In this document: positions 8,263 through 18,207 of the stretch, in pieces
How positions within the stretch are numbered: position 1 is the first letter of the stretch
Layout of the letters: the number at the start of each line of letters is the position of its first letter
NCBI GenBank assembly: GCA_017507215.1
Contig: JAFWBI010000007.1
Location: 20,910 to 84,909 of the forward strand
Direction of reading: 5' to 3'
Length of the DNA stretch: 64,000 nt
Origin: Clostridia bacterium
GTDB taxonomy: Bacteria; Bacillota; Clostridia; Christensenellales; UBA1242
Translations under genes and position numbers: made by a program
The notes under the pieces: model-generated
The model's input: only the letters and a program-made list of their open reading frames with translations
Told to the model about the DNA's origin: nothing
The model's database searches: none

Positions 8263-8913
8263 ATGAGAAATTTATTTTTAGATTTGAAAATTAAAAGAGA
8301 ATTGAAAAAGTTTGTTGCATTCAAAAACAGCTACAATTTCAAAATGAAAGAAATTGAAAAGCGTGATGACGGTGCTGTGTTTTGTGATGGAGCATGTTTG
8401 AGAGAAAATGCTGACGCTGAATGGGTGGGCGAAACTGAAAGTCTTGTGAATGTGGGATATATCATTCATGGTGCAAATCATTCAAAGGTTTTGTCTAACT
8501 TGTTTCCTTATAAGTTTTATTTTAAAGGTCACAAAATGGCTTGTGCTGAATCGGTTTTTCAAGCGTTTAAATTCAAAGACAAAAAACTTCAAAAATTTGT
8601 TTTTGAGTATTCGGCATTAAATGCAAACAGGGTTAAAGGTTGCTCAGATTATGACTGGAAAGAGTCAGGAAAGGTTTACTTTTTGGGCAAAGAATATGAC
8701 AGGCATTCAAAAGAATACGAACTTTTGCTCGATGAAATGTATGTTTCAATGCTTCAAAATCCATTATTTGTTCAAGCTCTTAAAAACGTGGGTGATAAAT
8801 ATATCATGCACGCTATGGGTGAAGAAGACCGAGATAAAACTACCTTTTCAAGAGAAGAGTTTGAAAAGGAACTCAACATTCTTAAAGCTTATGTTGTTTC
8901 AAAGCATAGATAA
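8263..8913 (+). CDS. NADAR-superfamily protein, phage T4 gp30.3-like
   Basis: LSNLFPYKF...AESVFQAFK; VYFLGKEYDRHS; QNPLFVQAL...IMHAMG...TTFSREEF; own TG-N-TATAAT promoter. Confidence 0.7.
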   Translation: MRNLFLDLKIKRELKKFVAFKNSYNFKMKEIEKRDDGAVFCDGACLRENADAEWVGETESLVNVGYIIHGANHSKVLSNLFPYKFYFKGHKMACAESVFQAFKFKDKKLQKFVFEYSALNANRVKGCSDYDWKESGKVYFLGKEYDRHSKEYELLLDEMYVSMLQNPLFVQALKNVGDKYIMHAMGEEDRDKTTFSREEFEKELNILKAYVVSKHR

Positions 8914-8929
8914 CATCTATGCTTTTTTT
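8901..8929 (+). terminator. Intrinsic terminator
   Basis: AAAGCATAGAT-loop-ATCTATGCTTT plus T tract. Confidence 0.75.
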
Positions 8930-9022
8930 GTGAAGATTTTTAAATGGGTGCTTTATTTTGGGTGACAAAATTGTGGCAAATAGTATATAATACTCGTGTA
9001 GTTTTTATGTGGCTGGTGAAAA

Positions 9023-9526
9023 ATGTATAACGAACTTACAGAAATTGATATAAAGAAAATGAAAGAAGAAATCAACCACAGGGCAAATGTGCTTCGTCCA
9101 CAGCTTTCAGATGATGTGAAAGAAGCTCGTTCGCTTGGTGACCTTTCTGAAAATGCTGAGTATCGCAGCGCAAGACGTGCATTTGGCAGAAATGAAAGCA
9201 GAATCAGGTTTCTTCAAAAAATGATTCGAACAGCGAAAATTATTTCAACGGAGTCTGCTGAAGATGAAGTTGGGCTGTTTGATAAAATCGAAGTTCTTTA
9301 TGAAGACACTGGTGACATTGAAACTTTAATGATTTCAACAACCACAAGGCTCGACCTTGAAAATGGAATCATAAGCAAAGAGTCGCCTTTTGGAAAGGCT
9401 GTTTTAGGAAAAAAAGTCGGGGACAGAATTTTTGTCAAAGTGAATCCTGAATTCAGCTACTACGTTGTGATTAAATCAATCACGAAAGGGAAAGACGACG
9501 AAAGCATACCACTTAATGGCTATTAA
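9023..9526 (+). CDS. GreA/GreB family elongation factor (second paralog)
   Basis: EARSLGDLSENAEY; ISKESPFGKAVLGKKVGD. Confidence 0.9.
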   Translation: MYNELTEIDIKKMKEEINHRANVLRPQLSDDVKEARSLGDLSENAEYRSARRAFGRNESRIRFLQKMIRTAKIISTESAEDEVGLFDKIEVLYEDTGDIETLMISTTTRLDLENGIISKESPFGKAVLGKKVGDRIFVKVNPEFSYYVVIKSITKGKDDESIPLNGY

Positions 9527-9582
9527 TAAAATTTTTTATGTGATTAAAAGTGACAAATCTTTGATAAAATTAATAAAAGGGC

Positions 9583-9611
9583 TTGCATAAATGATTTTAT
9601 TTTGCTAGAAT
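9583..9611 (+). promoter_or_regulatory. Sigma-A promoter of pflB
   Basis: TTGCAT, 17 nt, TG-N-TAGAAT. Confidence 0.65.
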
Positions 9612-9713
9612 ACTTTGGTGTGTGCGATTAAATTAATTTATTAATTTATATCATGACTCAGAAAAGTAATAACACAAACAAGCACAAAAAGTGCTTAAAA
9701 TAAAGGAGAAATT

Positions 9714-11963
9714 ATGGAAGAAATTTTTGAAAAGGCATGGAGAGGATTTCATGGTGATTCTTGGAAAGAAGAAGCTGACCTTTCAAACTTCATTGTGAGA
9801 AACTTCACAGAATATAAAGGTGACGATTCATTCCTTGCAGGTCCAACTGAAAAAACAAAAGCAGTTTGGTCTAAATGTGAAAAACTCTTAGAAGAAGAAA
9901 ACAAAAACGGGGGCTGCCTTGATGTTGAAACAAACATTTTAAGTGGCATCACAGCATTTGCTCCTGGTTATATCGACAAAGAAAACGAAGTTATCGTTGG
10001 TCTTCAAACAGACGCTCCACTCAAACGTATCGTTAATATGTATGGTGGAACAAAAATTGCTATGAAAGCTCTTGAAGCTCATGGCTACAAACTTAACGAT
10101 GAAGTTTACAAACACTTCACAACTTACAGAAAAACACATAACGACGGTGTTTTCGATGCTTACACTCCATCAATCAGACGTGCTAGAAGCAATGGTCTTT
10201 TAACAGGTCTTCCAGATGGTTATGGCAGGGGAAGAATCATCGGAGATTACAGAAGAATTGCTCTTTATGGTATCGACAAACTCATTGAATTTAAGAAGAA
10301 AGATTTAAACGGTGAATTCATTGATGAACAATACATTGAAGAAAGCATCAGACTTCGTGAAGAAATCAATGAACAAATCAGAGCTTTAGAAGCAATTAAG
10401 CAAATGGCTGCAAGCTATGGCTTTGATATTTCTAAACCAGCTCAAAACGCTAGAGAAGCTATGCAATGGGCATACTTTGGTTACCTTGCAGGTGCTAAAG
10501 AAAACAATGGTGCTGCAACTTCTATGGGAAGAAATGCAACTTTCTATGATATTTACATTGAAAGAGACCTTCAAGAAGGAACACTCACAGAAGAAGAAGC
10601 ACAAGAACTTGTTGACCAATATGTTATCAAGCTCAGACTCATCAGACACCTTAGAACTCCAGATTATGATGAACTCTTCGCTGGCGACCCAACATGGGTT
10701 ACTGAAGCTGTTGCTGGTATGGTTAACGAAAGCAAATCACTCACAACTAAAAACTCATTCAGATTCTTAAACACACTCATCAACTTGAACCCAAGTGCTG
10801 AGCCAAACCTTACAGTTTTGTGGTCTAAGGGTCTTCCAATGAACTTCAAAAAATATTGTGCAAAAATCTCAATCAAGACTGACTCAATTCAATATGAAGG
10901 CGACGACACAATGCGTCCAGGTTACGGTCATGACTACGCTATTGCTTGCTGCGTTTCAGCTATGAAACAAGGAAAGCAAATGCAATTCTTTGGTGCACGT
11001 TGCAACCTTGCAAAATCGCTTCTTTATGCAATCAACGGTGGTGTTGATGAAAAGAGTGGCAAGCTTGTTGTTGATGGACTTGAAAAGAACACTGAAGAAG
11101 TTTTAACTTATGACAAAGTTAGACGTGACTATAGCACAATGATTAAAAAGATTGCAAAAATCTATGTTGATGCAAACAACATCATTCACTTCATGCACGA
11201 TAAATATGCTTATGAAGCAAGCCAAATGGCTCTTCATGACACAGCTGTTGAAAGACTTATGGCTTTCGGTATCGCTGGTTTCTCTTGTGCAGTTGACTCA
11301 CTTTCTGCAATCAGATATGCAAAAGTTAAGCCAATTAGAAACGAACAAGGAATTGCTGTTGACTTTGAAGTTGAAGGCGATTTCCCAAAATTTGGTAATG
11401 ATGATGACAGAGTTGATATCATCGCTCAAGAACTCGTTCAAGAATTCTTCAATGCTATTGATTCACACAAGCTTTACAGAAATGCAAAACCAACACTTTC
11501 ACTCTTAACCATCACATCAAACGTTATGTATGGTCAAAAGACTGGTAGCACACCAGACGGAAGAAAAGCTGGTGAAGCATTTGCTCCTGGTGCGAACCCA
11601 ATGCATGGCAGAGATTCAAGTGGTGCTCTTGCTTCACTTAACTCTGTTGCAAAAATCAAATATGAACACTGCTGTCAAGACGGTATTTCAAACACATTCT
11701 CAATTGTTCCAAGTGCTCTTGGAAACAATGAAGATGAACAAGTTGAAAACCTTGTTTCAATCATTGATGGTTACTTTGCTCAAGGCGCTCAACACATCAA
11801 CGTTAACGTGTTTAACAGAGATTTGCTTATCGACGCTATGAACAATCCTTGGAAATATCCAAACCTTACAATTCGTGTTTCTGGTTATGCTGTTAACTTC
11901 AACAAGCTCGACAGAGCTCACCAAGAAGAAGTTATTGCTAGAACATTCCACGAAAAACGCTAA
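9714..11963 (+). CDS. pflB: Pyruvate formate-lyase
   Basis: YAIACCVS active-site cysteines; [10 protein letters not shown] glycyl-radical motif. Confidence 0.97.
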   Translation: MEEIFEKAWRGFHGDSWKEEADLSNFIVRNFTEYKGDDSFLAGPTEKTKAVWSKCEKLLEEENKNGGCLDVETNILSGITAFAPGYIDKENEVIVGLQTDAPLKRIVNMYGGTKIAMKALEAHGYKLNDEVYKHFTTYRKTHNDGVFDAYTPSIRRARSNGLLTGLPDGYGRGRIIGDYRRIALYGIDKLIEFKKKDLNGEFIDEQYIEESIRLREEINEQIRALEAIKQMAASYGFDISKPAQNAREAMQWAYFGYLAGAKENNGAATSMGRNATFYDIYIERDLQEGTLTEEEAQELVDQYVIKLRLIRHLRTPDYDELFAGDPTWVTEAVAGMVNESKSLTTKNSFRFLNTLINLNPSAEPNLTVLWSKGLPMNFKKYCAKISIKTDSIQYEGDDTMRPGYGHDYAIACCVSAMKQGKQMQFFGARCNLAKSLLYAINGGVDEKSGKLVVDGLEKNTEEVLTYDKVRRDYSTMIKKIAKIYVDANNIIHFMHDKYAYEASQMALHDTAVERLMAFGIAGFSCAVDSLSAIRYAKVKPIRNEQGIAVDFEVEGDFPKFGNDDDRVDIIAQELVQEFFNAIDSHKLYRNAKPTLSLLTITSNVMYGQKTGSTPDGRKAGEAFAPGANPMHGRDSSGALASLNSVAKIKYEHCCQDGISNTFSIVPSALGNNEDEQVENLVSIIDGYFAQGAQHINVNVFNRDLLIDAMNNPWKYPNLTIRVSGYAVNFNKLDRAHQEEVIARTFHEKR

Positions 11964-12049
11964 TTTTAATTATTAGAATTGCTCAGATAACTCTTTTTTA
12001 AAGTTGTTTGGGCAATTTTATTTAAAAATAAAAATCCAAAAGGAAAAGT

Positions 12050-12745
12050 ATGAACGGAAAAATAACTGACATTGAATCTATGGGCTCTGCTGATGGTCCG
12101 GGGGTTAGATTGGTTGTGTTTATGGCTGGTTGCAAACTTAGGTGTTTGTATTGCCACAACCCTGAAACTTGGACTGATAAAGATGCAAAAACAATCACAG
12201 CTGAAGAGATTCTTCAAAGATTCAAAAAATATGAAACATATTATGGTGAACATGGTGGCGTGACATTCAGTGGTGGTGAACCACTTTTACAGTCAGAATT
12301 TTTGCTTGAAGCAATTAAACTTTTGAAGGCAAATGGCGTTCATGTCACAATCGACACATGTGGCGTGGCTGACGGATACGACGAAGTTTTAGACCTTGTT
12401 GACCTTGTGATTTTAGACATAAAAGCTGTTGAGAGAGATGAATATAAGTTTATCACTGGCAGAGAATTTGATGACTTTGAAAACTTTTTGAAGTCTTGCA
12501 TCAGCAAAAACAAAAAGCTTTGGCTTAGGCAAGTTATTGTTCCGGGAATCAATGATGACGAAGCTCACGTGTTAAAGCTTAAAAAGTTTGCCAAAAACAT
12601 TCCAAATGTTGAAAGAATTGAACTTTTGCCATATCACTCGATGGGAAAGTCAAAATATGAAAAACTTGGAATTGAATATAGGCTTGGTGACACGCCAAAT
12701 ATGGATAAAGAGCTCACAAAAAAACTTGAAGATATGCTTAAATAA
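12050..12745 (+). CDS. pflA: Pyruvate formate-lyase activating enzyme (radical SAM)
   Basis: DGPGVR, GCKLRCLYCHNPET, SGGEP; adjacent to pflB. Confidence 0.95.
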   Translation: MNGKITDIESMGSADGPGVRLVVFMAGCKLRCLYCHNPETWTDKDAKTITAEEILQRFKKYETYYGEHGGVTFSGGEPLLQSEFLLEAIKLLKANGVHVTIDTCGVADGYDEVLDLVDLVILDIKAVERDEYKFITGREFDDFENFLKSCISKNKKLWLRQVIVPGINDDEAHVLKLKKFAKNIPNVERIELLPYHSMGKSKYEKLGIEYRLGDTPNMDKELTKKLEDMLK

Positions 12746-12770
12746 AAGAACGCAATTTGCGTTCTTTTTT
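12744..12770 (+). terminator. Intrinsic terminator
   Basis: AAAAGAACGCA-loop-TGCGTTCTTTT. Confidence 0.8.
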
Positions 12771-12815
12771 ATTGTTTTAATTGAAAAACGTATGTGTATA
12801 TTATATAATTAGTGT

Positions 12816-13010
12816 ATGGAAAATATTGAAATTGATGAAAAAGAATTAATTGAAAAACTTGAAAAAGTGGAAGCAAAAAAACAAGAAATCAACAACAAAC
12901 TCAAAAATATGACAGAAGAAGAACTTGCAAACTATATGATGCAATCTATCAACGAAAGTGTTGAGTTTGCAAAGAAAAACGATATTGAAATTGTTGAGTG
13001 TGGAGATTAA
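12816..13010 (+). CDS. Small protein, putative antitoxin; probably leaderless
   Basis: 64 aa immediately upstream of PIN gene; TTGAAA-17-TATAAT ends 6 nt before the ATG. Confidence 0.55.
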   Translation: MENIEIDEKELIEKLEKVEAKKQEINNKLKNMTEEELANYMMQSINESVEFAKKNDIEIVECGD

Positions 13011-13012
13011 TC

Positions 13013-13681
13013 ATGAAAGAATTTAAAAATGAAAATTTTCGCACGATTGTTGCAGTTGATACGAATGTGTTTTTTGCTATTGTTTCTACAAATGAAAATT
13101 TCAAGCCTAAAAAAAGTGACAAAAATGGGTTTTACAACACCATTAGGTCACTTAAAAGAAAGTGCATAAATGGCTCGCTTAAAATTGCAATTTTGCCACA
13201 AGTTTTTGAAGAAATAAAGGGTAATTTAGACAGCAGAGAGCGTGAGTTTTTGGAAAATTATTGTGTGTTTGTCGAGCCAAAAAACAAGGCTGATTTTGCC
13301 AAAAAATCGGTTGTTTTGGCGCTTGATTATATCAGAAAAGAAGCAATGGAAGATGAAAACGAAAATGGTTTTCCAACTTCAGATGCAATCATCATGGCGC
13401 AGGCTTCGGTTTCAGGATTGAATCTCGTCACATCAAATCACAAGCACTTTTTGTATTATTCAAAGTTTATAAACAAAAAGAGAAAAGAAGTTGTGAGAAC
13501 AAGAGCAGATGATATTGAAGAAATAAACTCAAGGCATGGGCTCTATTTTGAAATGAAAAATGGTGATACATTTGTGCCAAGACCATATTCGCCAGCAGAA
13601 TATTTTGAACTTTATAAAAATGGTCCATTTTATGAGCAGGGCAAATATGATGAAATTGATTTAATTCAAAAGGATTTATAG
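13013..13681 (+). CDS. PIN-domain (VapC-like) ribonuclease
   Basis: VAVDTNVF, PQVFEEI, SDAIIMAQA, LVTSNHKHF; start at 13013 after GGAG. Confidence 0.8.
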   Translation: MKEFKNENFRTIVAVDTNVFFAIVSTNENFKPKKSDKNGFYNTIRSLKRKCINGSLKIAILPQVFEEIKGNLDSREREFLENYCVFVEPKNKADFAKKSVVLALDYIRKEAMEDENENGFPTSDAIIMAQASVSGLNLVTSNHKHFLYYSKFINKKRKEVVRTRADDIEEINSRHGLYFEMKNGDTFVPRPYSPAEYFELYKNGPFYEQGKYDEIDLIQKDL

Positions 13682-13683
13682 AT

Positions 13684-14394
13684 ATGAAACTTTTACTATG
13701 TTCAGATTACTCAGGAGTTGGGTATAAATTTATAAACAAGTTTTTTGATAAAACAGAAGGGCTCACATGTTTGTTTGTTGGCTATGCTCAAGATGACCCA
13801 TATGAGCTTCAAAGTGGAACGGCTGTGAAGTTTCGAGAAATGGGTGTCAAAGTGATTTCTCTTCAAGAAGGTTATCGTTTTGAAGATGAAATTGACATTG
13901 TTTTTGTGCGTGGTGGAAACACAACAAGACTTGTTCATCATCTTTTAAAATTTAATCAATTTGAAAAAGTTAAAGAGCTTGTCGAGAAAAAGGGTGCAGT
14001 TTATATCGGCAGCAGTGCAGGGTCGGTTCTTGCAGGAAGTGACACTGAATATTGTCTTAGAAGTGAGCCTTATGATTATGATGTGAAAGGTGAGTTTGGC
14101 GAAAATGCACTCAAGGGTTTTGGCTGGATTGACAAAATGGTTTTTGTGCACACCACACCAAACAGAATGTGCTACTCAGACGAGATGCAAAATGAAAATG
14201 ATTTTTTCATCACGCCAGACACTTTTTGTTATCCGGCTCATATGGAAGAGATTGAAATTTATGACAAGTCACTTTATATTGAAATTGGAAACGAACAGGC
14301 GCTTTATGTAAGTGGAGAAGATAGAGAACTTTTAACAGATGATTGGAGCTCTCTTGAATTTAGAGTTTTAGACTATCTTCAACAACAAGATTAA
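13684..14394 (+). CDS. Peptidase S51 (peptidase E-like)
   Basis: VFVRGGNT, YIGSSAGS. Confidence 0.85.
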   Translation: MKLLLCSDYSGVGYKFINKFFDKTEGLTCLFVGYAQDDPYELQSGTAVKFREMGVKVISLQEGYRFEDEIDIVFVRGGNTTRLVHHLLKFNQFEKVKELVEKKGAVYIGSSAGSVLAGSDTEYCLRSEPYDYDVKGEFGENALKGFGWIDKMVFVHTTPNRMCYSDEMQNENDFFITPDTFCYPAHMEEIEIYDKSLYIEIGNEQALYVSGEDRELLTDDWSSLEFRVLDYLQQQD

Positions 14395-14500
14395 AAAACG
14401 CAAAATTCTTCAAAAATGCTGAAAATTTGGGGTGTTATGTGACGCATAATACCAAAAATCTGCGATTTTTTAAAAACAAAAACAGTAAAGGAGCAAATCT

Positions 14501-17500
14501 ATGAATGATAAGGCTAATGAAAAAACGCAATCAAAAAACAATCGAAAAAAAATAATTGTTTCAATTTCGGTAGCGCTTGCAGTGGTGTTGATTTCTTTGG
14601 TGTCAGCGCTTTGTTATGTGTTTGTTCCAAGAAATCCAAAAATTGAAAGTTCGAGCGTTTTGGATATTGACCCAGAAACAAAAGTGGCAACTTGTGTGGT
14701 TGATAATGAAACAGAAATGTTTTCTTTTGATGGGGTTATAAAAGTTCCAAAAAACAACGACTGGTTTTTATATAAAGACATTGAAGGCGTAGATGAAATA
14801 AAAACAAAACAAGTTGAGCTTGAGCCTGGTGACAACACTTTTTATTTGATGGTTGAAAACTCTGCTGGAAAGAAAGAATTTTATGTGGTCACAATCAGAA
14901 GAAAACCACTTTATGAAGTGACATTCAACACAAACGGTGGCTCGTTGATTAACGCACAGGAAATTGAAGAAGGGTTGACTGTTGAACTTTCAGAAATCCC
15001 AACCAAAAAAGGTTACACATTTGCAGGTTGGTTTGTTGATGAAGATTTAACAACTGAGTTTGAAGCAAATTCTGTGGTGGCAAATGATTTGATTTTATAT
15101 GCAAAGTGGAATGTTGTAGATTATTCTATCACATATCACTTAAACGGTGGCACAAATAGCGAATTGAATCCACAAACATACACAATTAATGATGAAATTA
15201 TTTTTGCAGAGCCAACGAAAACTGATAGTTTATTTATTGGTTGGTTTGCAGACAGCGATTTGACAAATCCAATTACAAAAATCGAAACTGAAACAACTGG
15301 AAATGTTGAGATTTGGGCAGGTTGGTACCATGAAAAATGTTTTGTTAGTTTTGATGCAAATGGTGGTGAAGTTGAAACAAATGAAATGCTTGTGAACAAA
15401 AATGAATATTGTGTTTTGCCGGTGCCAACAAATGCTGGGCATGAGTTTGCTGGTTGGTATAACGGAAAAGAATTGCTCACCGATATTCACGGAAACACGC
15501 TTAGAAGCATTGGTGAAAACGAAGTTTTAAATTTAACTGCGCATTGGGACGACACTTCAACTGTTACATTTGAAACAAATGGTGGAACGCCTGTTGCAGA
15601 GCTTAGTTTTATCACTGGTTCAGATATCATTTTGCCAGCAAATCCAACAAAATATGGTTATGTGTTTGACGGGTGGTTTTACGATAATGGTTATTTTTTA
15701 GAAGAATTGAAAGAAACAACGGTTATGTTAAACAAAAACATAATTCTTTATGCAAAGTGGGTTGATTACACCTTTGAAATCAAGCACTCAAACAAGGTTG
15801 CAATCAGCGTTAACGACACACTCAGCTCGGCACTTTTCGAAGCGATTGCAATCGACAATGCAGGAAACACCTTTGCTGTTTCAGTTGAAAACTTAACAGG
15901 AACGCAAAATGCAGGTGACGTTATTGAAATCAAGTTCACAGCAAATGGGCTTTATGGTGAAATTGTAACTGAAACTATTAAAAATGTTAAAGTTTATGAA
16001 AATATTGAAATAACTTATAACCGTGAAGAGTTGTTTATTTATGAAAGTGAGCAATTTGAAGACTTTGTGGTTGCAACTGACGAATTTGAAGAAGATGCAG
16101 AAATTGTTGTTCAAATCGTTGATGGTGAGTTTGCTGCAGGAAATGTTGTGACAATCAATGTGACAGCAACTGACGTGGCAGGAAACACAAAACAAAAGCA
16201 GTTCACACTTGATGTTTTATCAACTTCGCAAGTTTATGTTTCAATGTTTGATGAAGTGAATGATTTGAAATTTGACTATGAAATTATTGAAACAAATCAG
16301 GATTTTGAGCTTGGCGAATCATACGTGATTTATGACGATTCAAGCAAAATTTACACCGATGCAGAAGGAAAATCAATTCTTCAATTTGAAGGCAAGGGTT
16401 ATCGAAAAGTTTATGTTGATAATTCACGTGCAATCAAAACAGTTGAGCATTTGAAGGCAATAAGTGGGGCAACTTTAGACGGAAAAATTGTTCTTCTTGA
16501 CAACATTGACCTTAACGGCGAAGAATGGCAGCCTATTGTTGAGTTTAAAAATGGAATTTTTAATGGAAATGGGTTTGTTGTTTCAAACTTTAAAATTACA
16601 ACCGGAAGACAATGGAATGGATTTTTTGGTATAATTTCTAATTCAACAATAGAAAAATTAGGACTTGAAAACTTTGTTATTGATAATGAATATAAAAGTG
16701 GATGTGATGTTGGTGGATTAGTTGGAGAAGTTAAGTCATCAACAACCATTAAAAATTGTTATTCAACCGGAAGTATTTCAATTTCAGGAGATTATAATTA
16801 TTTTTATATTGGTGGATTAATTGGTGAAATTTTTGGTTCAAATGTTAATATAACGAATAGTTATGCTACTGGAGATGTTGAAATTTTTGTAACACAAAGA
16901 TCTGCTTTCGCAGGTGGCTTGGTGGGGTATTCTTCTTCAACATTTGAAATTTTAAATTGTTACGCTACAGGAGATGTATCTGCAGAATCTGAGCAAAGTT
17001 ATGCTTATGCAGGTGGCTTGGTTGGACATACATCCAATTCAACCAAGTCTGCCACAATAAAAAACAGTTACGCAACTGGGGAAATTTCTGCAGTCAATAC
17101 TGATTTAACAGGTTCAACTTATATTGGCAGACTTTATGCTTCTGGAAACCCTGAAGTTGTTGGTTGCTATGAATTGATGGGGGCTATAAAAATAAATGCG
17201 AAGGAAGACTTAACTAAATATTCAAATTATACTTCGGTTGTGGAAAGTTTTGAGCTTATGTCAGATATTGACTTAGAAGGTGCAGAATGGATTCCAATTA
17301 ATCTTTTAGGTGGAAGTTTTAATGGAAATGGATTTGTTATTTCAAACTTTAAAATTACAACCGGAAGACAATGGAATGGATTTTTCAGCAGTGTATCTAA
17401 TTCAACGATAAAAAATCTTGGGCTTGAGAGTTTTACTATAAACTATGAATATTCAAAATATAATTCAGCCGGATGTTTGGTTGGATATTTGTCATCATCA

Positions 17501-18151
17501 AATATCAAAAGTTGCTATGCAATTGGTGATATTTCAGTTGAAAACACTAGAACTGATTATGAAAACTATGTTGGTGGATTAATTGGAAAATCAAATTCTT
17601 CAAACATCTCAAATTGTTATACAATGGTTGGTGTGAGTGATAAATTTACTGGACAAATTTCAACTGGTTGCAAACCTTATGCAGGTGGATTGATAGGATA
17701 TGACACTTCTTCAACAATCTCAAATTGTTATGCTGCAGGCACTGTTTATTCACATGGCCAAGAAGGAATTGGTGGCAGTGATATTTATTCTGGTGGATTA
17801 ATAGGAAATGCTTCGTCTTCAATTATTATCAACTGTTTTGCAACTGGAAGTGTGACTTCATATGTTTCAAATTCAAATGCAAGACAAGATAGAACATATG
17901 CAGGTGGTTTGGTTGGTTATTCGTCAAATGTGACAATTACAAATTGTTTAAGATATGAAAATCAAGAAATTAGTGCATCTAGTGCAAATAAGACAGGCAG
18001 TTCAAGTGGGATTGTTGCAACAATCAACACTGAAGGCGTGAGTGCTTCATTGGAAGAAATTTGGGCATTTGTGAAAGAGAATTTTGATGATGAAGTTTGG
18101 AATTTATTTGATGACAAAAACCCAACTTTGAAGTTTGAAGAAAGCGAATAA
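14501..18151 (+). CDS. Large membrane-anchored surface protein with InlB B-repeats and GLUG-motif repeats
   Basis: N-terminal TM; four F.TNGG..PTK.GY.F.GW..LYAKW repeats; many GGLVG/GGLIG and N(S/C)YATG repeats. Confidence 0.85.
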   Translation: MNDKANEKTQSKNNRKKIIVSISVALAVVLISLVSALCYVFVPRNPKIESSSVLDIDPETKVATCVVDNETEMFSFDGVIKVPKNNDWFLYKDIEGVDEIKTKQVELEPGDNTFYLMVENSAGKKEFYVVTIRRKPLYEVTFNTNGGSLINAQEIEEGLTVELSEIPTKKGYTFAGWFVDEDLTTEFEANSVVANDLILYAKWNVVDYSITYHLNGGTNSELNPQTYTINDEIIFAEPTKTDSLFIGWFADSDLTNPITKIETETTGNVEIWAGWYHEKCFVSFDANGGEVETNEMLVNKNEYCVLPVPTNAGHEFAGWYNGKELLTDIHGNTLRSIGENEVLNLTAHWDDTSTVTFETNGGTPVAELSFITGSDIILPANPTKYGYVFDGWFYDNGYFLEELKETTVMLNKNIILYAKWVDYTFEIKHSNKVAISVNDTLSSALFEAIAIDNAGNTFAVSVENLTGTQNAGDVIEIKFTANGLYGEIVTETIKNVKVYENIEITYNREELFIYESEQFEDFVVATDEFEEDAEIVVQIVDGEFAAGNVVTINVTATDVAGNTKQKQFTLDVLSTSQVYVSMFDEVNDLKFDYEIIETNQDFELGESYVIYDDSSKIYTDAEGKSILQFEGKGYRKVYVDNSRAIKTVEHLKAISGATLDGKIVLLDNIDLNGEEWQPIVEFKNGIFNGNGFVVSNFKITTGRQWNGFFGIISNSTIEKLGLENFVIDNEYKSGCDVGGLVGEVKSSTTIKNCYSTGSISISGDYNYFYIGGLIGEIFGSNVNITNSYATGDVEIFVTQRSAFAGGLVGYSSSTFEILNCYATGDVSAESEQSYAYAGGLVGHTSNSTKSATIKNSYATGEISAVNTDLTGSTYIGRLYASGNPEVVGCYELMGAIKINAKEDLTKYSNYTSVVESFELMSDIDLEGAEWIPINLLGGSFNGNGFVISNFKITTGRQWNGFFSSVSNSTIKNLGLESFTINYEYSKYNSAGCLVGYLSSSNIKSCYAIGDISVENTRTDYENYVGGLIGKSNSSNISNCYTMVGVSDKFTGQISTGCKPYAGGLIGYDTSSTISNCYAAGTVYSHGQEGIGGSDIYSGGLIGNASSSIIINCFATGSVTSYVSNSNARQDRTYAGGLVGYSSNVTITNCLRYENQEISASSANKTGSSSGIVATINTEGVSASLEEIWAFVKENFDDEVWNLFDDKNPTLKFEESE
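16558..17385 (+). repeat. Internal direct repeat of 69 nt (16558-16626 and 17317-17385)
   Basis: Two mismatches; a 46-nt core is identical (TTTCAAACTTTAAAATTACAACCGGAAGACAATGGAATGGATTTTT). Confidence 0.85.
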
Positions 18152-18167
18152 AATTTAATATAAAAAG

Positions 18168-18197
18168 AAAAACACCAACGGTTGTTGGTGTTTTTTT
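18168..18197. terminator. Bidirectional terminator
   Basis: AAAAACACCAAC-loop-GTTGGTGTTTTT between convergent genes. Confidence 0.8.
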
Positions 18198-18207
18198 ATG
18201 GTGTTTA

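Noticed and set aside
8961-8978. GTGACA-N4-TGTGGC, and similar GGGACAAATGTCAC near 37337, as operators
   Set aside because: Imperfect, differently spaced, and too few copies to support a shared site
9023-9526. Second greA as a novelty
   Set aside because: Gre paralogs are common in Clostridia and the catalytic acidic residues are intact
9612-9713. ZTP (pfl) riboswitch upstream of pflB
   Set aside because: Conserved GACTGGCG and CGCCTGGG elements are absent
16558-17385. Repeat pair as a diversity-generating retroelement TR/VR
   Set aside because: Both copies are in-frame within one gene, differ at only two sites, and no reverse transcriptase is in the window
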